A program made the translations under genes and the position numbers. The notes under the pieces were generated by a model. That model ran no database searches and had not been told where the DNA came from. It saw nothing but the letters and a program-made list of their open reading frames with translations. Source: Lachnospiraceae bacterium (GTDB lineage Bacteria > Bacillota > Clostridia > Lachnospirales > Lachnospiraceae). From it: 64,000 nucleotides of DNA. Shown one piece after another: positions 42,142 through 52,287 of this stretch (the stretch's first letter is position 1; every line of letters begins with the position of its first letter). The stretch lies in the NCBI GenBank assembly GCA_015057555.1, contig SVEC01000006.1, positions 52,277 to 116,276 of the forward strand. Direction: 5' to 3'.

Positions 42142-43551
42142 TTATACTGGATAAGTCTTATTCTCAGTATTTGCAATTGATGCATCTACACCAGTTTCCT
42201 GAGCCTCTCTATACTTAAAGAAGTCCATAGCAACCTGTGGGAATAATGCATAAGTAAGCACATCCTCATCCTGCTTCTTGTACTGTGCCATCTCCTTCTC
42301 AAGCTTATCTAACTCATTCTCAATAAGATCAGCTGGTCTACAAGTAATAGGCTCCTGATCGCCAATTACCTTCTTTCTAACCTCTGGGTCAACTGGAAGT
42401 ACTGACTGACCATACTCACCAGCAACAAGAGCCTTAGATTCCTTAGTACACATCTTATATCTCTCACCAGTAACAACATTAAGTACTGCCTGAGTACCAA
42501 CTATCTGGCTAGAAGGAGTAACAAGTGGTGGCTCACCGTAATCCTTACGAACACGTGGAACCTCCTCAAGAACCTCCTGGAATTTATCCTCAGCTCCCAT
42601 CTCCTTAAGCTGTGATACAAGGTTTGAAAGCATACCACCTGGTACCTGATAAAGAAGTGTCTTAATATCAACACCCATTACCTTTGGATTAAGAAGTCCA
42701 CTAGCTAACCACTCTTCTCTCATAGGCTTAAAGTAATCTGCAATCTCAACAAGAAGATTCTCATCAAAGCCTGGATCATACTCTGTTCCCTCAAATGCCT
42801 TAGACATAACCTCTGTAGCTGGCTGGCTAGTACCTAGAGCCATAGGTGACATAGCTGTATCGATAATATCACATCCAGCCTCAACTGCCTTCATATAAGT
42901 CATAGAAGCAACACCTGAAGTGTAGTGTGTATGAAGCTGAATAGGAAGAGATGTACTCTCCTTAAGTGCTGTAACAAGCTCAGTTGCCTTATATGGAACA
43001 AGAAGACCTGCCATATCCTTGATACAGATAGAGTTTGCACCCATATCCTCAATCTTCTTAGCCATATCCTTCCAATAATCAAGTGTATAAGCCTCACCTA
43101 ATGTATATGAAAGTGCAATCTGTGCATGTCCCTTTTCCTTGTTTGCTGCCTTAACAGCTGTCTCAAGGTTTCTAATATCATTAAGACAGTCAAAAATACG
43201 AATGATATCAATACCATTTGCAATTGACTTCTGAACAAAATACTCAACTACATCATCTGCATAGTGACGATATCCTAAGATATTCTGTCCTCTGAAAAGC
43301 ATCTGAAGTTTAGTGTTCTTAAAACCATCCTTAATTTTTCTAAGTCTCTCCCATGGATCTTCCTTAAGAAAACGAAGTGAAGCATCAAAGGTTGCACCAC
43401 CCCAGCACTCTACTGAATGGTATCCAACCTTATCCATCTTCTCGATGATAGGGAGCATCTGCTCTGTAGTCATTCTTGTTGCAATAAGTGACTGATGAGC
43501 ATCACGTAATATAGTTTCGGTAATCTTTACCGGTTTCTTTTCTACTGCCAT
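42142..43551 (-). CDS. oadA: oxaloacetate decarboxylase alpha / pyruvate carboxyltransferase subunit (no biotinyl domain)
   Basis: LRDAHQSLIATRM, ECWGGATFD, EDPWERL, IKDMAG, LHTH, QVPGGMLSNL, PLVTPSSQIVG. Confidence 0.93.
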   Translation of the reverse strand: MAVEKKPVKITETILRDAHQSLIATRMTTEQMLPIIEKMDKVGYHSVECWGGATFDASLRFLKEDPWERLRKIKDGFKNTKLQMLFRGQNILGYRHYADDVVEYFVQKSIANGIDIIRIFDCLNDIRNLETAVKAANKEKGHAQIALSYTLGEAYTLDYWKDMAKKIEDMGANSICIKDMAGLLVPYKATELVTALKESTSLPIQLHTHYTSGVASMTYMKAVEAGCDIIDTAMSPMALGTSQPATEVMSKAFEGTEYDPGFDENLLVEIADYFKPMREEWLASGLLNPKVMGVDIKTLLYQVPGGMLSNLVSQLKEMGAEDKFQEVLEEVPRVRKDYGEPPLVTPSSQIVGTQAVLNVVTGERYKMCTKESKALVAGEYGQSVLPVDPEVRKKVIGDQEPITCRPADLIENELDKLEKEMAQYKKQDEDVLTYALFPQVAMDFFKYREAQETGVDASIANTENKTYPV

Positions 43552-43576
43552 TTATCTAACCTCCTGTAAATAATTA

Positions 43577-44704
43577 TTAAACACCAAATATAGCAAGGAA
43601 AGTACCAGCTGCTACCGCTGTACCGATAACACCTGCTACGTTAGGTCCCATTGCATTCATAAGAAGGAAGTTAGTAGGGTCATATTCTGCTCCAACCTTC
43701 TGTGAAACTCTGGCCGCCATAGGAACTGCAGAAACACCTGCTGAACCTATAAGTGGATTAACCTTACCCTTAGTTGCCCAACACATAATCTTACCAAATA
43801 TTACTCCGGCAGCTGTACCAAAACAGAATGCTATAAGGCCAAGAGCAACTATCTTAAGAGTACTTAACTGAAGGAATGCTTCTGCACTTGTTGTTGCACC
43901 AACAGAGGTACCAAGTAAGATAACTACGATATACATAAGAGCATTTGAAGATGTCTCAGTAAGCTGCTTAACAACTCCACACTCTCTGAATAAGTTTCCT
44001 AACATAAGCATACCAACAAGTGGCGCTGTAGTAGGAAGAATCATAACTACTACAAGTGTAACAATAATTGGGAAGAGAATCTTCTCAAGCTTTGTTACAG
44101 GACGAAGCTGTCCCATCTTAATATGACGCTCCTTATCAGTAGTAAGAAGCTTCATAATAGGTGGCTGAATAACAGGTACAAGAGCCATATATGAATAAGC
44201 TGCTACTGCTATAGGACCCATAAGAGTTCCACCCATTCCAAGCTTTCCTGCAAGAAAGATAGATGTAGGTCCATCAGCTCCACCTATAATAGAAATTGCT
44301 GCTGCTTCCTTGCCATTGAATCCCATAAGGAATGCAAGGAAATAAGCTGAATAAATACCAAACTGTGCTGCCGCACCAAGAATAAAGCTTTTCGGATTGG
44401 CAATAAGTGGACCAAAGTCCGTCATAGCACCAACACCCATAAAAATAAGTGATGGTAAAATACTCCACTCATCAAGTAAGTAGAAGAAATGTAATAATCC
44501 GCCTTCATCCATAATTCCAGGGAACATATTAACCAAGAACATACCAAATGAAATTGGCACTAAAAGTAATGGTTCAAAGCCCTTAACAATTGCAAGATAC
44601 ATAAAGAAGCAAGCCACTAAAATCATAATATAATGCTTCCAAGTAAGTGTTGCAAAACCGGTCTGAAGAGCAAGATTTTTTAATACGTCTGAAAAACCGC
44701 TCAT
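43577..44704 (-). CDS. oadB: Na+-translocating decarboxylase beta subunit
   Basis: [53 protein letters not shown]. Confidence 0.96.
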   Translation of the reverse strand: MSGFSDVLKNLALQTGFATLTWKHYIMILVACFFMYLAIVKGFEPLLLVPISFGMFLVNMFPGIMDEGGLLHFFYLLDEWSILPSLIFMGVGAMTDFGPLIANPKSFILGAAAQFGIYSAYFLAFLMGFNGKEAAAISIIGGADGPTSIFLAGKLGMGGTLMGPIAVAAYSYMALVPVIQPPIMKLLTTDKERHIKMGQLRPVTKLEKILFPIIVTLVVVMILPTTAPLVGMLMLGNLFRECGVVKQLTETSSNALMYIVVILLGTSVGATTSAEAFLQLSTLKIVALGLIAFCFGTAAGVIFGKIMCWATKGKVNPLIGSAGVSAVPMAARVSQKVGAEYDPTNFLLMNAMGPNVAGVIGTAVAAGTFLAIFGV

Positions 44705-44747
44705 TTAGCGTTACCTCCTGTTATTTTAGGTAATAATTTACCGGTAA

Positions 44748-45125
44748 TTAGTTTAATGTTGCTAATGTATCTCCAGCCTCAACTGAATCATTTGCAGCAA
44801 CATTAATGCTTGCAACTGTTCCATCCTCAGGAGCAACTACTTCATTCTCCATCTTCATAGCCTCAAGTACAAGGATTACATCACCCTTCTTAACAGCCTG
44901 TCCAACACTTGCCTTAACACTTAAAATCTTACCAGGCATTGGAGAAGAAACAACTACACTACCTGCTGAACCAGATGCTGCTGGAGCCGCTGGAGCTGGA
45001 GCTGGTGTTGGAGCTGCCGCTACTGGAGCTGCTGCTACTGGAGCTGTTGCTACTGCACCTGCTCCCAATTCTTCTACTGCTACATCATATGCTGTACCAT
45101 TAACGGTAATTCTATAATTTTTCAT
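44748..45125 (-). CDS. biotin carboxyl carrier subunit
   Basis: Ala/Pro linker and EAMKM biotinylation motif. Confidence 0.95.
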   Translation of the reverse strand: MKNYRITVNGTAYDVAVEELGAGAVATAPVAAAPVAAAPTPAPAPAAPAASGSAGSVVVSSPMPGKILSVKASVGQAVKKGDVILVLEAMKMENEVVAPEDGTVASINVAANDSVEAGDTLATLN

Positions 45126-45152
45126 CTTAAATATCCTCCTAAATAGTTGTAA

Positions 45153-46163
45153 TTACTTTCTAACTCTCTTTATTGAACGAACAACAAGCTTATCCTTACT
45201 TACTGCTCCATTACCTGACTGTGCTTCATATGCATAAATCGCCGCTGTAATAACTGCTACAAGCTGAGAATCATCCGCAAGATTCTCATTATTATCAGCA
45301 ACTGCAACCGGTGTTGCTACAGCCTTAGGTGTTTCAGCCTTCTTTTCTACCTCAACCTTAGGTTTCTTAGCGAAAAGAGCTGGTAAATACTTAAATAATG
45401 AAATGATAAATGATATAAATATAAGAACGACAAATACTGTTCCCATACCAATCAATGTATTCATACCAGCCTGTCCAACAAGTTCTTTCTTGGAATAGAC
45501 TGCAGAAACAACCATTTCTTCAGCATAGTATGGATATAATCCACGACTATTTAAATCAGATATAACAGAATCGATTTCCATCTGATACAATTCACCAGCA
45601 CCAGATACTCCGTACTGCTGATATACCATCTGTAAATTCTCTGTTCCATATATTGATTCAAAATACAATATATCTTCATAAAAATCATCATAAGTCTCTA
45701 ATCCATTAGCTGATACAATTTTATTATATTCAATAAAATACTGATTGTTTTCATAGTATTTTACACTTATCTCAACATCTCTATTCTCAGCATGATTTTT
45801 AAGAATAACAGTTACATAATCTGGTCCATTTACAATTTTAGCTCCTGATTCTTCAATTGACATTGCTCCAACTGAAAGTAAATATGAAGTTTCGCTAAAA
45901 TCCTCATAATCGCCAACCTTATCAGTTTCCTTAGTCTGTACAATACCTTTTACAGCTGACTTTTCAAACTCTGTTCCTGAAGTAAGATAATAATCAACAT
46001 AATCCTCGGAAATATTTTCATACTGCATAAATGAATTCATAGCAGATGAAATGAGTTCTCTATCATTATAAGCAAAAGGTTTATCATAATTCTCATCACA
46101 GCCTGCAAACGAGAACATAACAGCTAACATGGAAACTAATACTAATAATTTTTTAATTTTCAT
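45153..46163 (-). CDS. OadG-family subunit with N-terminal lipoprotein domain
   Basis: Signal peptide with lipobox FAGC; C-terminal NTLIGMGTVFVVLIFISFII TM and LVAVITAAI motif of OadG/MmdD. Confidence 0.8.
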   Translation of the reverse strand: MKIKKLLVLVSMLAVMFSFAGCDENYDKPFAYNDRELISSAMNSFMQYENISEDYVDYYLTSGTEFEKSAVKGIVQTKETDKVGDYEDFSETSYLLSVGAMSIEESGAKIVNGPDYVTVILKNHAENRDVEISVKYYENNQYFIEYNKIVSANGLETYDDFYEDILYFESIYGTENLQMVYQQYGVSGAGELYQMEIDSVISDLNSRGLYPYYAEEMVVSAVYSKKELVGQAGMNTLIGMGTVFVVLIFISFIISLFKYLPALFAKKPKVEVEKKAETPKAVATPVAVADNNENLADDSQLVAVITAAIYAYEAQSGNGAVSKDKLVVRSIKRVRK

Positions 46164-46180
46164 TTAGTTGTCACCTCTCC

Positions 46181-47605
46181 TTAAACTGCTCCGTGCTTTT
46201 TGTAAGGTCTATCCTCATTCTTTGTATAAAGCATATCAAACGCTGCTATTACTCTCTTTCTAGTTGCATCCGGCTCAATAATATCATCTATATAGCCTCT
46301 CTTTGCAGCAGCAATAGCACTTGACTGAAGTTCTGTGTATTTGACCTTAAGCTCAGCAACACAAGCAACCTTATCCTCAGCAGCAGCAATTTCTTTATCG
46401 TACATAATCTTAACTGCCATCTCAGGATCCATAGTACCAATCTTTGCTGTTGGCCAAGCATAAACCATATCTGCACCAATAGCCTTTGAGTTCATAACTG
46501 TGTATGCTGTACCAAATGCATCACCCATAACTACTGTTACCTTAGGAACTGTTGCGTTAGCATAAGCATATGTTAGCTTAGCTACTGATTTTGCAATATT
46601 CTTCTCATTATCTATAGTTGCAACAAATCCCTTAGTATTAACCAATGTAAGTACAGGTATATCAAATGCATCACAGAAATTAACAAAATCTGCTGCAATA
46701 TTAGCACCCTCAGCTGAAAGCATTTCGCATCCACCCTCAACCTGATTAGCAACACAACCAACAGTATCACCATTAAGCTTAACAAAACCTACAACTACAT
46801 CTGTTGCAAAATTCTTATTAACTTCAAAGAAAACATTATTATCAGCAATATTCTGTAATACTGCTCTACCATCCTTAACAAAGCCATCAAGGTTAGGAAT
46901 AACTCTATTAAGATCATCAGTACAATCCACTGAAGCATCTACCTGATTATTTGAAGGAAGCATATCAATAAGTGATCTGATCTGAGCAATAACAGCTGCA
47001 TCATCATCACACACAGCATCAACAAGTGAAGTGTTATTACTTAAGTAATCTGCACTTGCAGTATCAAGCTTTGATGTATAATTACCATCTAAAGCATTAG
47101 GACTATTTACAAAGAGCTTTGAACCCTCGCTAGTCATAAATGTAAAATCAGTAAGTGCCGGAATAAGTGCTGTACCACCACCACAATTTCCAAAAATTGC
47201 TGTAATCTGTGGAATAACACCAGATGCAAGAGTCTGCTTCATATAAAGCTCACCAAAAGCATTCATAGCATCTGTAGCCTCCTGAAGTCTAAGACCTGCA
47301 CAGTCAATAAGACCTACTACTGGTGCACCTACCTTCATAGCCATATCATAAATCTTTGCAATCTTCTTAGCGTGCATCTCACCGATTGCACCACCAAGAA
47401 CTGAAGAATCCTGGCTATAAACATAGACAATCTTGTCATTGATAACACCATATCCGGTAATTACACCATCTTTTGGAGTATCATTTTCCTGCATGTTGAA
47501 ATCTGTGCTTCTAGCTGTAACATATGCACCAACCTCAACAAAGCTTGCGTCATCAAGTAAAGCATTGATTCTATCACTTGCTGACATAGTAAGTTTGTTA
47601 CTCAT
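46181..47605 (-). CDS. acyl-CoA carboxyltransferase-family subunit (MmdA/PccB-like, divergent)
   Basis: DGVITGYG, SQD, GEMHAKKI, SGVIPQI, FCDAFDIP, YANATVPK, AWPTA.IG.M, GYIDDII.P, KKHG. Confidence 0.85.
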   Translation of the reverse strand: MSNKLTMSASDRINALLDDASFVEVGAYVTARSTDFNMQENDTPKDGVITGYGVINDKIVYVYSQDSSVLGGAIGEMHAKKIAKIYDMAMKVGAPVVGLIDCAGLRLQEATDAMNAFGELYMKQTLASGVIPQITAIFGNCGGGTALIPALTDFTFMTSEGSKLFVNSPNALDGNYTSKLDTASADYLSNNTSLVDAVCDDDAAVIAQIRSLIDMLPSNNQVDASVDCTDDLNRVIPNLDGFVKDGRAVLQNIADNNVFFEVNKNFATDVVVGFVKLNGDTVGCVANQVEGGCEMLSAEGANIAADFVNFCDAFDIPVLTLVNTKGFVATIDNEKNIAKSVAKLTYAYANATVPKVTVVMGDAFGTAYTVMNSKAIGADMVYAWPTAKIGTMDPEMAVKIMYDKEIAAAEDKVACVAELKVKYTELQSSAIAAAKRGYIDDIIEPDATRKRVIAAFDMLYTKNEDRPYKKHGAV

Positions 47606-47672
47606 TTTACGTCCTCCGTTAAAATTTATTTTAGGCCTTATTCGAAAATAAAACCAAATTCATCCGATTATA

Positions 47673-47701
47673 ATAATAACCTTTTTCACATATTATTTCA
47701 A
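47673..47701 (-). promoter_or_regulatory. sigmaA-type promoter for the decarboxylase operon
   Basis: TTGAAA-N17-TATTAT on minus strand, followed by TATAAT. Confidence 0.5.
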
Positions 47702-47749
47702 GTTAATATTCCAATTATTTTCATTCTTTACCAATTAATTTACCACAGT

Positions 47750-47776
47750 AAAAAAGGGCTTAATATGCCCTTTTTT
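47750..47776 (-). terminator. intrinsic terminator after the DUF2520 gene
   Basis: AAAAAAGGGC-TTAATAT-GCCCTTTTTT. Confidence 0.75.
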
Positions 47777-48626
47777 AACTCAATAAATCCATAATTTTAC
47801 TATAATCTCTTTCATTGTGCTTATTATCTGCAATTTCCACTAACTGATTTGATATTATTTTATATACATCATAATAATCATTCTGCAACACAAATAAATG
47901 TTTTTCAAGAGTTTCATAATCGCATCTTTCAACAGGACCCGTTAAAGCAGCCTTACAGTTTGATTCGTATAGCATATTAGCATTATTTATAAATAATGGT
48001 TTAAGAGCTAAATCTATTTCAATATCATTGAATCCACATTGCTTAAGAATGCCCTCAGCCATATGATATAAACCAATAACCAAATTACTAGAAAAAACTG
48101 CAGCACTATGATATTTTACTTTATCATCTGGTGAGATAACTTTAACATTATGTCCTAAATTAGTAAATAACACCTTGATATAATCAATGTATTTCAAATC
48201 ACCTTCTATGGTGATAAAAGCATCAACAAAATTTTTATAGGCTTCCATTTTTGAATTCACTGCAAATATAGGATGAACCGAGTATACGTAAACATCAGAA
48301 CAAATACCACTAAGCTCTAAAGATGATAGTGCACCACTTGTATGACATATTATTTTACCACTAAGAAATTTTGATAATTCATTTAAAGAAGCAACCAGCT
48401 TCTTAATCTCCCCATCAGGAACCGTCAAAAACAACATGTCACACTTAACACACAATTCTTCTAACATTTCAAAGTAATTGGAATTAGTAAATTGTGCGGC
48501 ATCAATAGCGCTCAATAAGTTCCTACTATAATATCCAACTAACTGAATGTCTGGTAAATCACTAACGGAAAAATGCTTTCCAAGAGTATATCCCATTTTT
48601 CCCGCTCCAATGATACCTATTTTCAT
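47775..48626 (-). CDS. Rossmann-like/DUF2520 protein (PanG-type ketopantoate reductase candidate)
   Basis: IGIIGAGKMG, LTVPD, CHTSGA, SVHP, YHSAAVFSSN, LTGPVER. Confidence 0.85.
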   Translation of the reverse strand: MKIGIIGAGKMGYTLGKHFSVSDLPDIQLVGYYSRNLLSAIDAAQFTNSNYFEMLEELCVKCDMLFLTVPDGEIKKLVASLNELSKFLSGKIICHTSGALSSLELSGICSDVYVYSVHPIFAVNSKMEAYKNFVDAFITIEGDLKYIDYIKVLFTNLGHNVKVISPDDKVKYHSAAVFSSNLVIGLYHMAEGILKQCGFNDIEIDLALKPLFINNANMLYESNCKAALTGPVERCDYETLEKHLFVLQNDYYDVYKIISNQLVEIADNKHNERDYSKIMDLLS

Positions 48627-48701
48627 ATTTTAGCCCTCTACTTTTACTCTACAAAACAACTTTATTATTCACCAATAATTATATATCTAATATTCTGCGA
48701 A

Positions 48702-49544
48702 TTAATCGTCCTTCTTTAAGCTAAATTTACTTGTGGTTGACTTAACATCCGTTATGTCTTCTTTAGATACATTAATATTTGAATTTAATTCATTTTCCTT
48801 CAAAATATCTTCTGTTTCTGAATTGTCTTTAAATGAATCAATTCTATCATAAAAGGATTTATTAAAAATAGGGTCATTTGCAGGGTCTATATTGCTTATT
48901 GGTGTATTACGTTCTAGTTCCCTTTCAAGCTTTTTATTCTTATACGATATTATTTCAACAACAAGTGCAAATATAGGCACTACAAATAAAATCAATGTAA
49001 TAATAAATGCTACAATCATACCACCTCTGGTACTTCTTGTATTTATATCTAAATATATTACTTCATTTGATGAATATCCATAATATTTCAATGCTTCAGA
49101 ATAAAATGGGGAAATTTCACTATCTATTCCTTGTACACTTCCCTTTAGAATTAAATGTTCAGGTAATGTATAAGAGCTTCCTTCAAGATAAGAATATGTA
49201 TCATTAACCAATTTATCTACCAATCTAAATTCTTTCGAATCCTTTTTGGTACATATTGAAATAACTGTACCATCCTCAAGAACACCCATAGCATGGTAAG
49301 TAATTGATTTTACTCCTCTTCTGGATTCAGTAAGTTCAGCATACCAATCCACTACAGCAATAAGCTCAACAGATACATGTTCTCCTTTTTTTAATTCTTC
49401 CCCAGATGAAATAATTTCATATACATCTCTAGTTTCACCAGTAAAAATATACTTAAAATCATTTTTTAAAATAAACAAAAATACTATTGCTACTATAAAC
49501 ATAACAACAAAAGTAAATTCATTAGATTTTCCTTTATTACCCAT
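48702..49544 (-). CDS. hypothetical two-TM membrane protein
   Basis: 280 aa ORF with GGAG RBS, TM-loop-TM-charged tail; no recognised motif. Confidence 0.65.
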   Translation of the reverse strand: MGNKGKSNEFTFVVMFIVAIVFLFILKNDFKYIFTGETRDVYEIISSGEELKKGEHVSVELIAVVDWYAELTESRRGVKSITYHAMGVLEDGTVISICTKKDSKEFRLVDKLVNDTYSYLEGSSYTLPEHLILKGSVQGIDSEISPFYSEALKYYGYSSNEVIYLDINTRSTRGGMIVAFIITLILFVVPIFALVVEIISYKNKKLERELERNTPISNIDPANDPIFNKSFYDRIDSFKDNSETEDILKENELNSNINVSKEDITDVKSTTSKFSLKKDD

Positions 49545-49563
49545 ATATTATCTCCATCGTAAA

Positions 49564-50103
49564 TTACTTTTGTTCTGCAAGTACTCCCTTATTCTTAACA
49601 AGATAATCAATAAGAGAAATAACTGTAAGTGCTAAGGCAGCATAGATAAGTACATTTTCAATTACAGCCACTACACTTCCTCCTAAATCGCACATCACGA
49701 AGATTATCATAACCATCTGAACAACTGTCTTAACCTTGCCCCACCAGCCTGCAGCTATAACAATGCCATTATCAGAAGCAACAAGTCTAAAGCCACTTAT
49801 AATAAATTCTCTGGCAATAATTATAATAACAATCCATGCAGGTATTCTATCAAGCTCTATAAGAGCAATCATAGCAGAGCAAACTAAAAGCTTGTCTGCA
49901 AGAGGGTCCATAAACTTTCCAAAGTTTGTTATAAGATTATACTTTCTAGCAATCTTTCCATCTAGCATATCTGTTAAGCTTGCTATTATAAAAATTCCTA
50001 CAGCTATCCATTTTCCATAAGGAATTGCATCAACCATAAGTGCAACAAGGAAAAATGGAATTAAAATCACTCTTAATACCGTTAATTTGTTAGGTAAATT
50101 CAT
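49564..50103 (-). CDS. pgsA: CDP-diacylglycerol-glycerol-3-phosphate 3-phosphatidyltransferase
   Basis: MNLPNKLT..R, DMLDGKIARKYN..TNFGKFMDPLADK. Confidence 0.97.
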   Translation of the reverse strand: MNLPNKLTVLRVILIPFFLVALMVDAIPYGKWIAVGIFIIASLTDMLDGKIARKYNLITNFGKFMDPLADKLLVCSAMIALIELDRIPAWIVIIIIAREFIISGFRLVASDNGIVIAAGWWGKVKTVVQMVMIIFVMCDLGGSVVAVIENVLIYAALALTVISLIDYLVKNKGVLAEQK

Positions 50104-51428
50104 TAGTTTACAACGCCTCCTATTAAGTCATAAGGTCCAGCCTCATATATTTTAACGTTCACTATTGTACCAGAGATAAGCTCATAGTCACAATTTATAA
50201 ACACAAGACCATCAACATTTGGTGCATCTCTGTAGGTTCTGCCTACATACACGTCATCATCTGGAGAATATCCTTCAACAATAACCTGTAAAGTTGAACC
50301 TATAAGAGTTTCATTTTTATCATAGGATATTTCCTGCTGAAGCTCCATTATCTCATCTCTCCATTGATTTGCAAGTTCAGATGATACTTGATCAGGATAA
50401 TCAGCTGCTGGTGTACCATCTTCCTTAGAATAAGTAAATACTCCAACTCTATCTAACTCCATTTCATCTAAGAAATTCAAAAGTCTTTCATGCTCCTCAA
50501 CAGTTTCTCCGGGAAATCCTGTAATAAGTGAGGTTCTTATGGCAATATTTGGAACCTTTTCTCTAAGCTTATTTATTACTGTTTTAATAGATTTCTTATC
50601 AGTTTTTCTACCCATTCTATGAAGAATATTATCCTCAGAATGCTGAAGAGGCATATCAATATATTTACAAAGCTTATCACAACTTGCATATAAATTGATT
50701 AGCTCATCATCAATCTCCTCAGGATAACAATACATAAGTCTAATCCACTCTATTCCTTCTATCTTAGCTAGCTCATTAACTAAAATAGGTAATGATTTCT
50801 TACCATATATATCTATGCCATAGCAGGTAGTTTCCTGAGCAACTAATATAAGTTCTTTAATACCCTGAGATGCCATATATTCCGCTTCTTTTACTAGTTT
50901 TTCCATAGGAACACTTCTGAATTTACCTCTTATATGTGGTATAACACAGTAGGTACAAAACTTATTACAGCCCTCAGCTATTTTAAGGTAACCCATAAAT
51001 GTACCTGAGGTTATCACTCTATTTGAATCAACTGTTGCAAGACGCTCTAAGCTATCAAAACAGGTAACATTGGTATTATCAGCTTTAAGCTCATTGATAA
51101 CCTGAACTATTCGGTCGAAGCTACTTGTACCAATACATGCATCAACCTCAGGTATCTCATCAAATATCTCATCTTTAAAACGTTCTGCTAAGCATCCAGC
51201 CATTATAAGATATTTTAGTCTATTCTGCTTAAGCTCAGCCATCTCAAGTATAGTATTAATACTCTCCTCCATGGCATCGTGTATAAAACTACAAGTATTT
51301 ACAACAACAATATCTGCTTCTGATTCATCATTTGTAATATTAAAATTGTTATCTCGAAGCAATCCTAACATTGCCTCGCTGTCACATAGGTTTTTATCAC
51401 AACCTAATGATACCATTAGAATATTCAT
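50103..51428 (-). CDS. rimO: ribosomal protein S12 methylthiotransferase
   Basis: SLGCDKNLCDSE, NTCSFI, KIAEGCNKFCTYC, TRAM domain RDAPNVDG. Confidence 0.96.
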   Translation of the reverse strand: MNILMVSLGCDKNLCDSEAMLGLLRDNNFNITNDESEADIVVVNTCSFIHDAMEESINTILEMAELKQNRLKYLIMAGCLAERFKDEIFDEIPEVDACIGTSSFDRIVQVINELKADNTNVTCFDSLERLATVDSNRVITSGTFMGYLKIAEGCNKFCTYCVIPHIRGKFRSVPMEKLVKEAEYMASQGIKELILVAQETTCYGIDIYGKKSLPILVNELAKIEGIEWIRLMYCYPEEIDDELINLYASCDKLCKYIDMPLQHSEDNILHRMGRKTDKKSIKTVINKLREKVPNIAIRTSLITGFPGETVEEHERLLNFLDEMELDRVGVFTYSKEDGTPAADYPDQVSSELANQWRDEIMELQQEISYDKNETLIGSTLQVIVEGYSPDDDVYVGRTYRDAPNVDGLVFINCDYELISGTIVNVKIYEAGPYDLIGGVVN

Positions 51429-51431
51429 ATA

Positions 51432-52271
51432 TTAATTTAAACCTGCTTCCACACAATTATTCATAAGCATTGCAATAGTCATAGGACCAACACCACCTGG
51501 GACAGGAGTTATTGCTCCTGCGATTGGCTCAACTGATGCATAATCAACATCACCACAAAGCTTATTATTCTCGTCTCTATGTATACCAACATCTATAACT
51601 GTAGCACCTTCTTTAACGTAGGATGCATCAATCATACGTGGCTTACCAATAGCTACAACAAGTATATCTGCTCTCTTACAAACCTCTTTTAAATCTTTTG
51701 TTCTTGAATGACATATTGTAACAGTGCCATTTTCTCTAAGAAGAAGCATGCTCATAGGCTTACCTACGATATTACTTCTACCTATTACCACACATTCCTT
51801 ACCTGATATTTCTATATTAGAACGCTTAAGAAGCTGTATTACACCGGCTGGTGTACAGGATACAAACCCCTTTTGTCCTATACTTAATGCACCAACACTG
51901 GCAGGATGAAAGCCATCCACGTCCTTACTTGGTGATATAGCATTAATAATCTTCTCTTCATTAATATGCTTTGGTACAGGAAGCTGTACAAGTATACCGT
52001 GAACGCTATCGTCATTATTTAGCTTATCAATGATGCCAAGAAGTTCTTCCTCAGTAGTCTCCTCTGGAACCTCATAAGCTAAAGACTTAATTCCAATGTA
52101 TTCACAGGCCTTTTTCTTATTTCCTACATATACAGTTGATGCCGGATCATTTCCAACCTGAATAACTGCAAGACAAATTTCCTTACCCTCTGCCTTAAGA
52201 GCTGTAACCTTTTCCTTTAACTCATCCTTTATCTGCTGAGATATTAGTTTTCCATCTATAATCTGCGTCAT
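51432..52271 (-). CDS. folD: methylene-THF dehydrogenase/cyclohydrolase
   Basis: IIDGK, GILVQLP, KDVDGFH, GRSNIVGKP, TPVPGGVGPMT; start 52271 after AAGGAG. Confidence 0.97.
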   Translation of the reverse strand: MTQIIDGKLISQQIKDELKEKVTALKAEGKEICLAVIQVGNDPASTVYVGNKKKACEYIGIKSLAYEVPEETTEEELLGIIDKLNNDDSVHGILVQLPVPKHINEEKIINAISPSKDVDGFHPASVGALSIGQKGFVSCTPAGVIQLLKRSNIEISGKECVVIGRSNIVGKPMSMLLLRENGTVTICHSRTKDLKEVCKRADILVVAIGKPRMIDASYVKEGATVIDVGIHRDENNKLCGDVDYASVEPIAGAITPVPGGVGPMTIAMLMNNCVEAGLN

Positions 52272-52287
52272 ATTTAATCTCCTTATA

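Noticed and set aside
44960-45065. Repetitive GCTGCT/GGAGCT tract
   Set aside because: Encodes the normal Ala/Pro linker of the biotin carrier; not a CRISPR or mobile repeat
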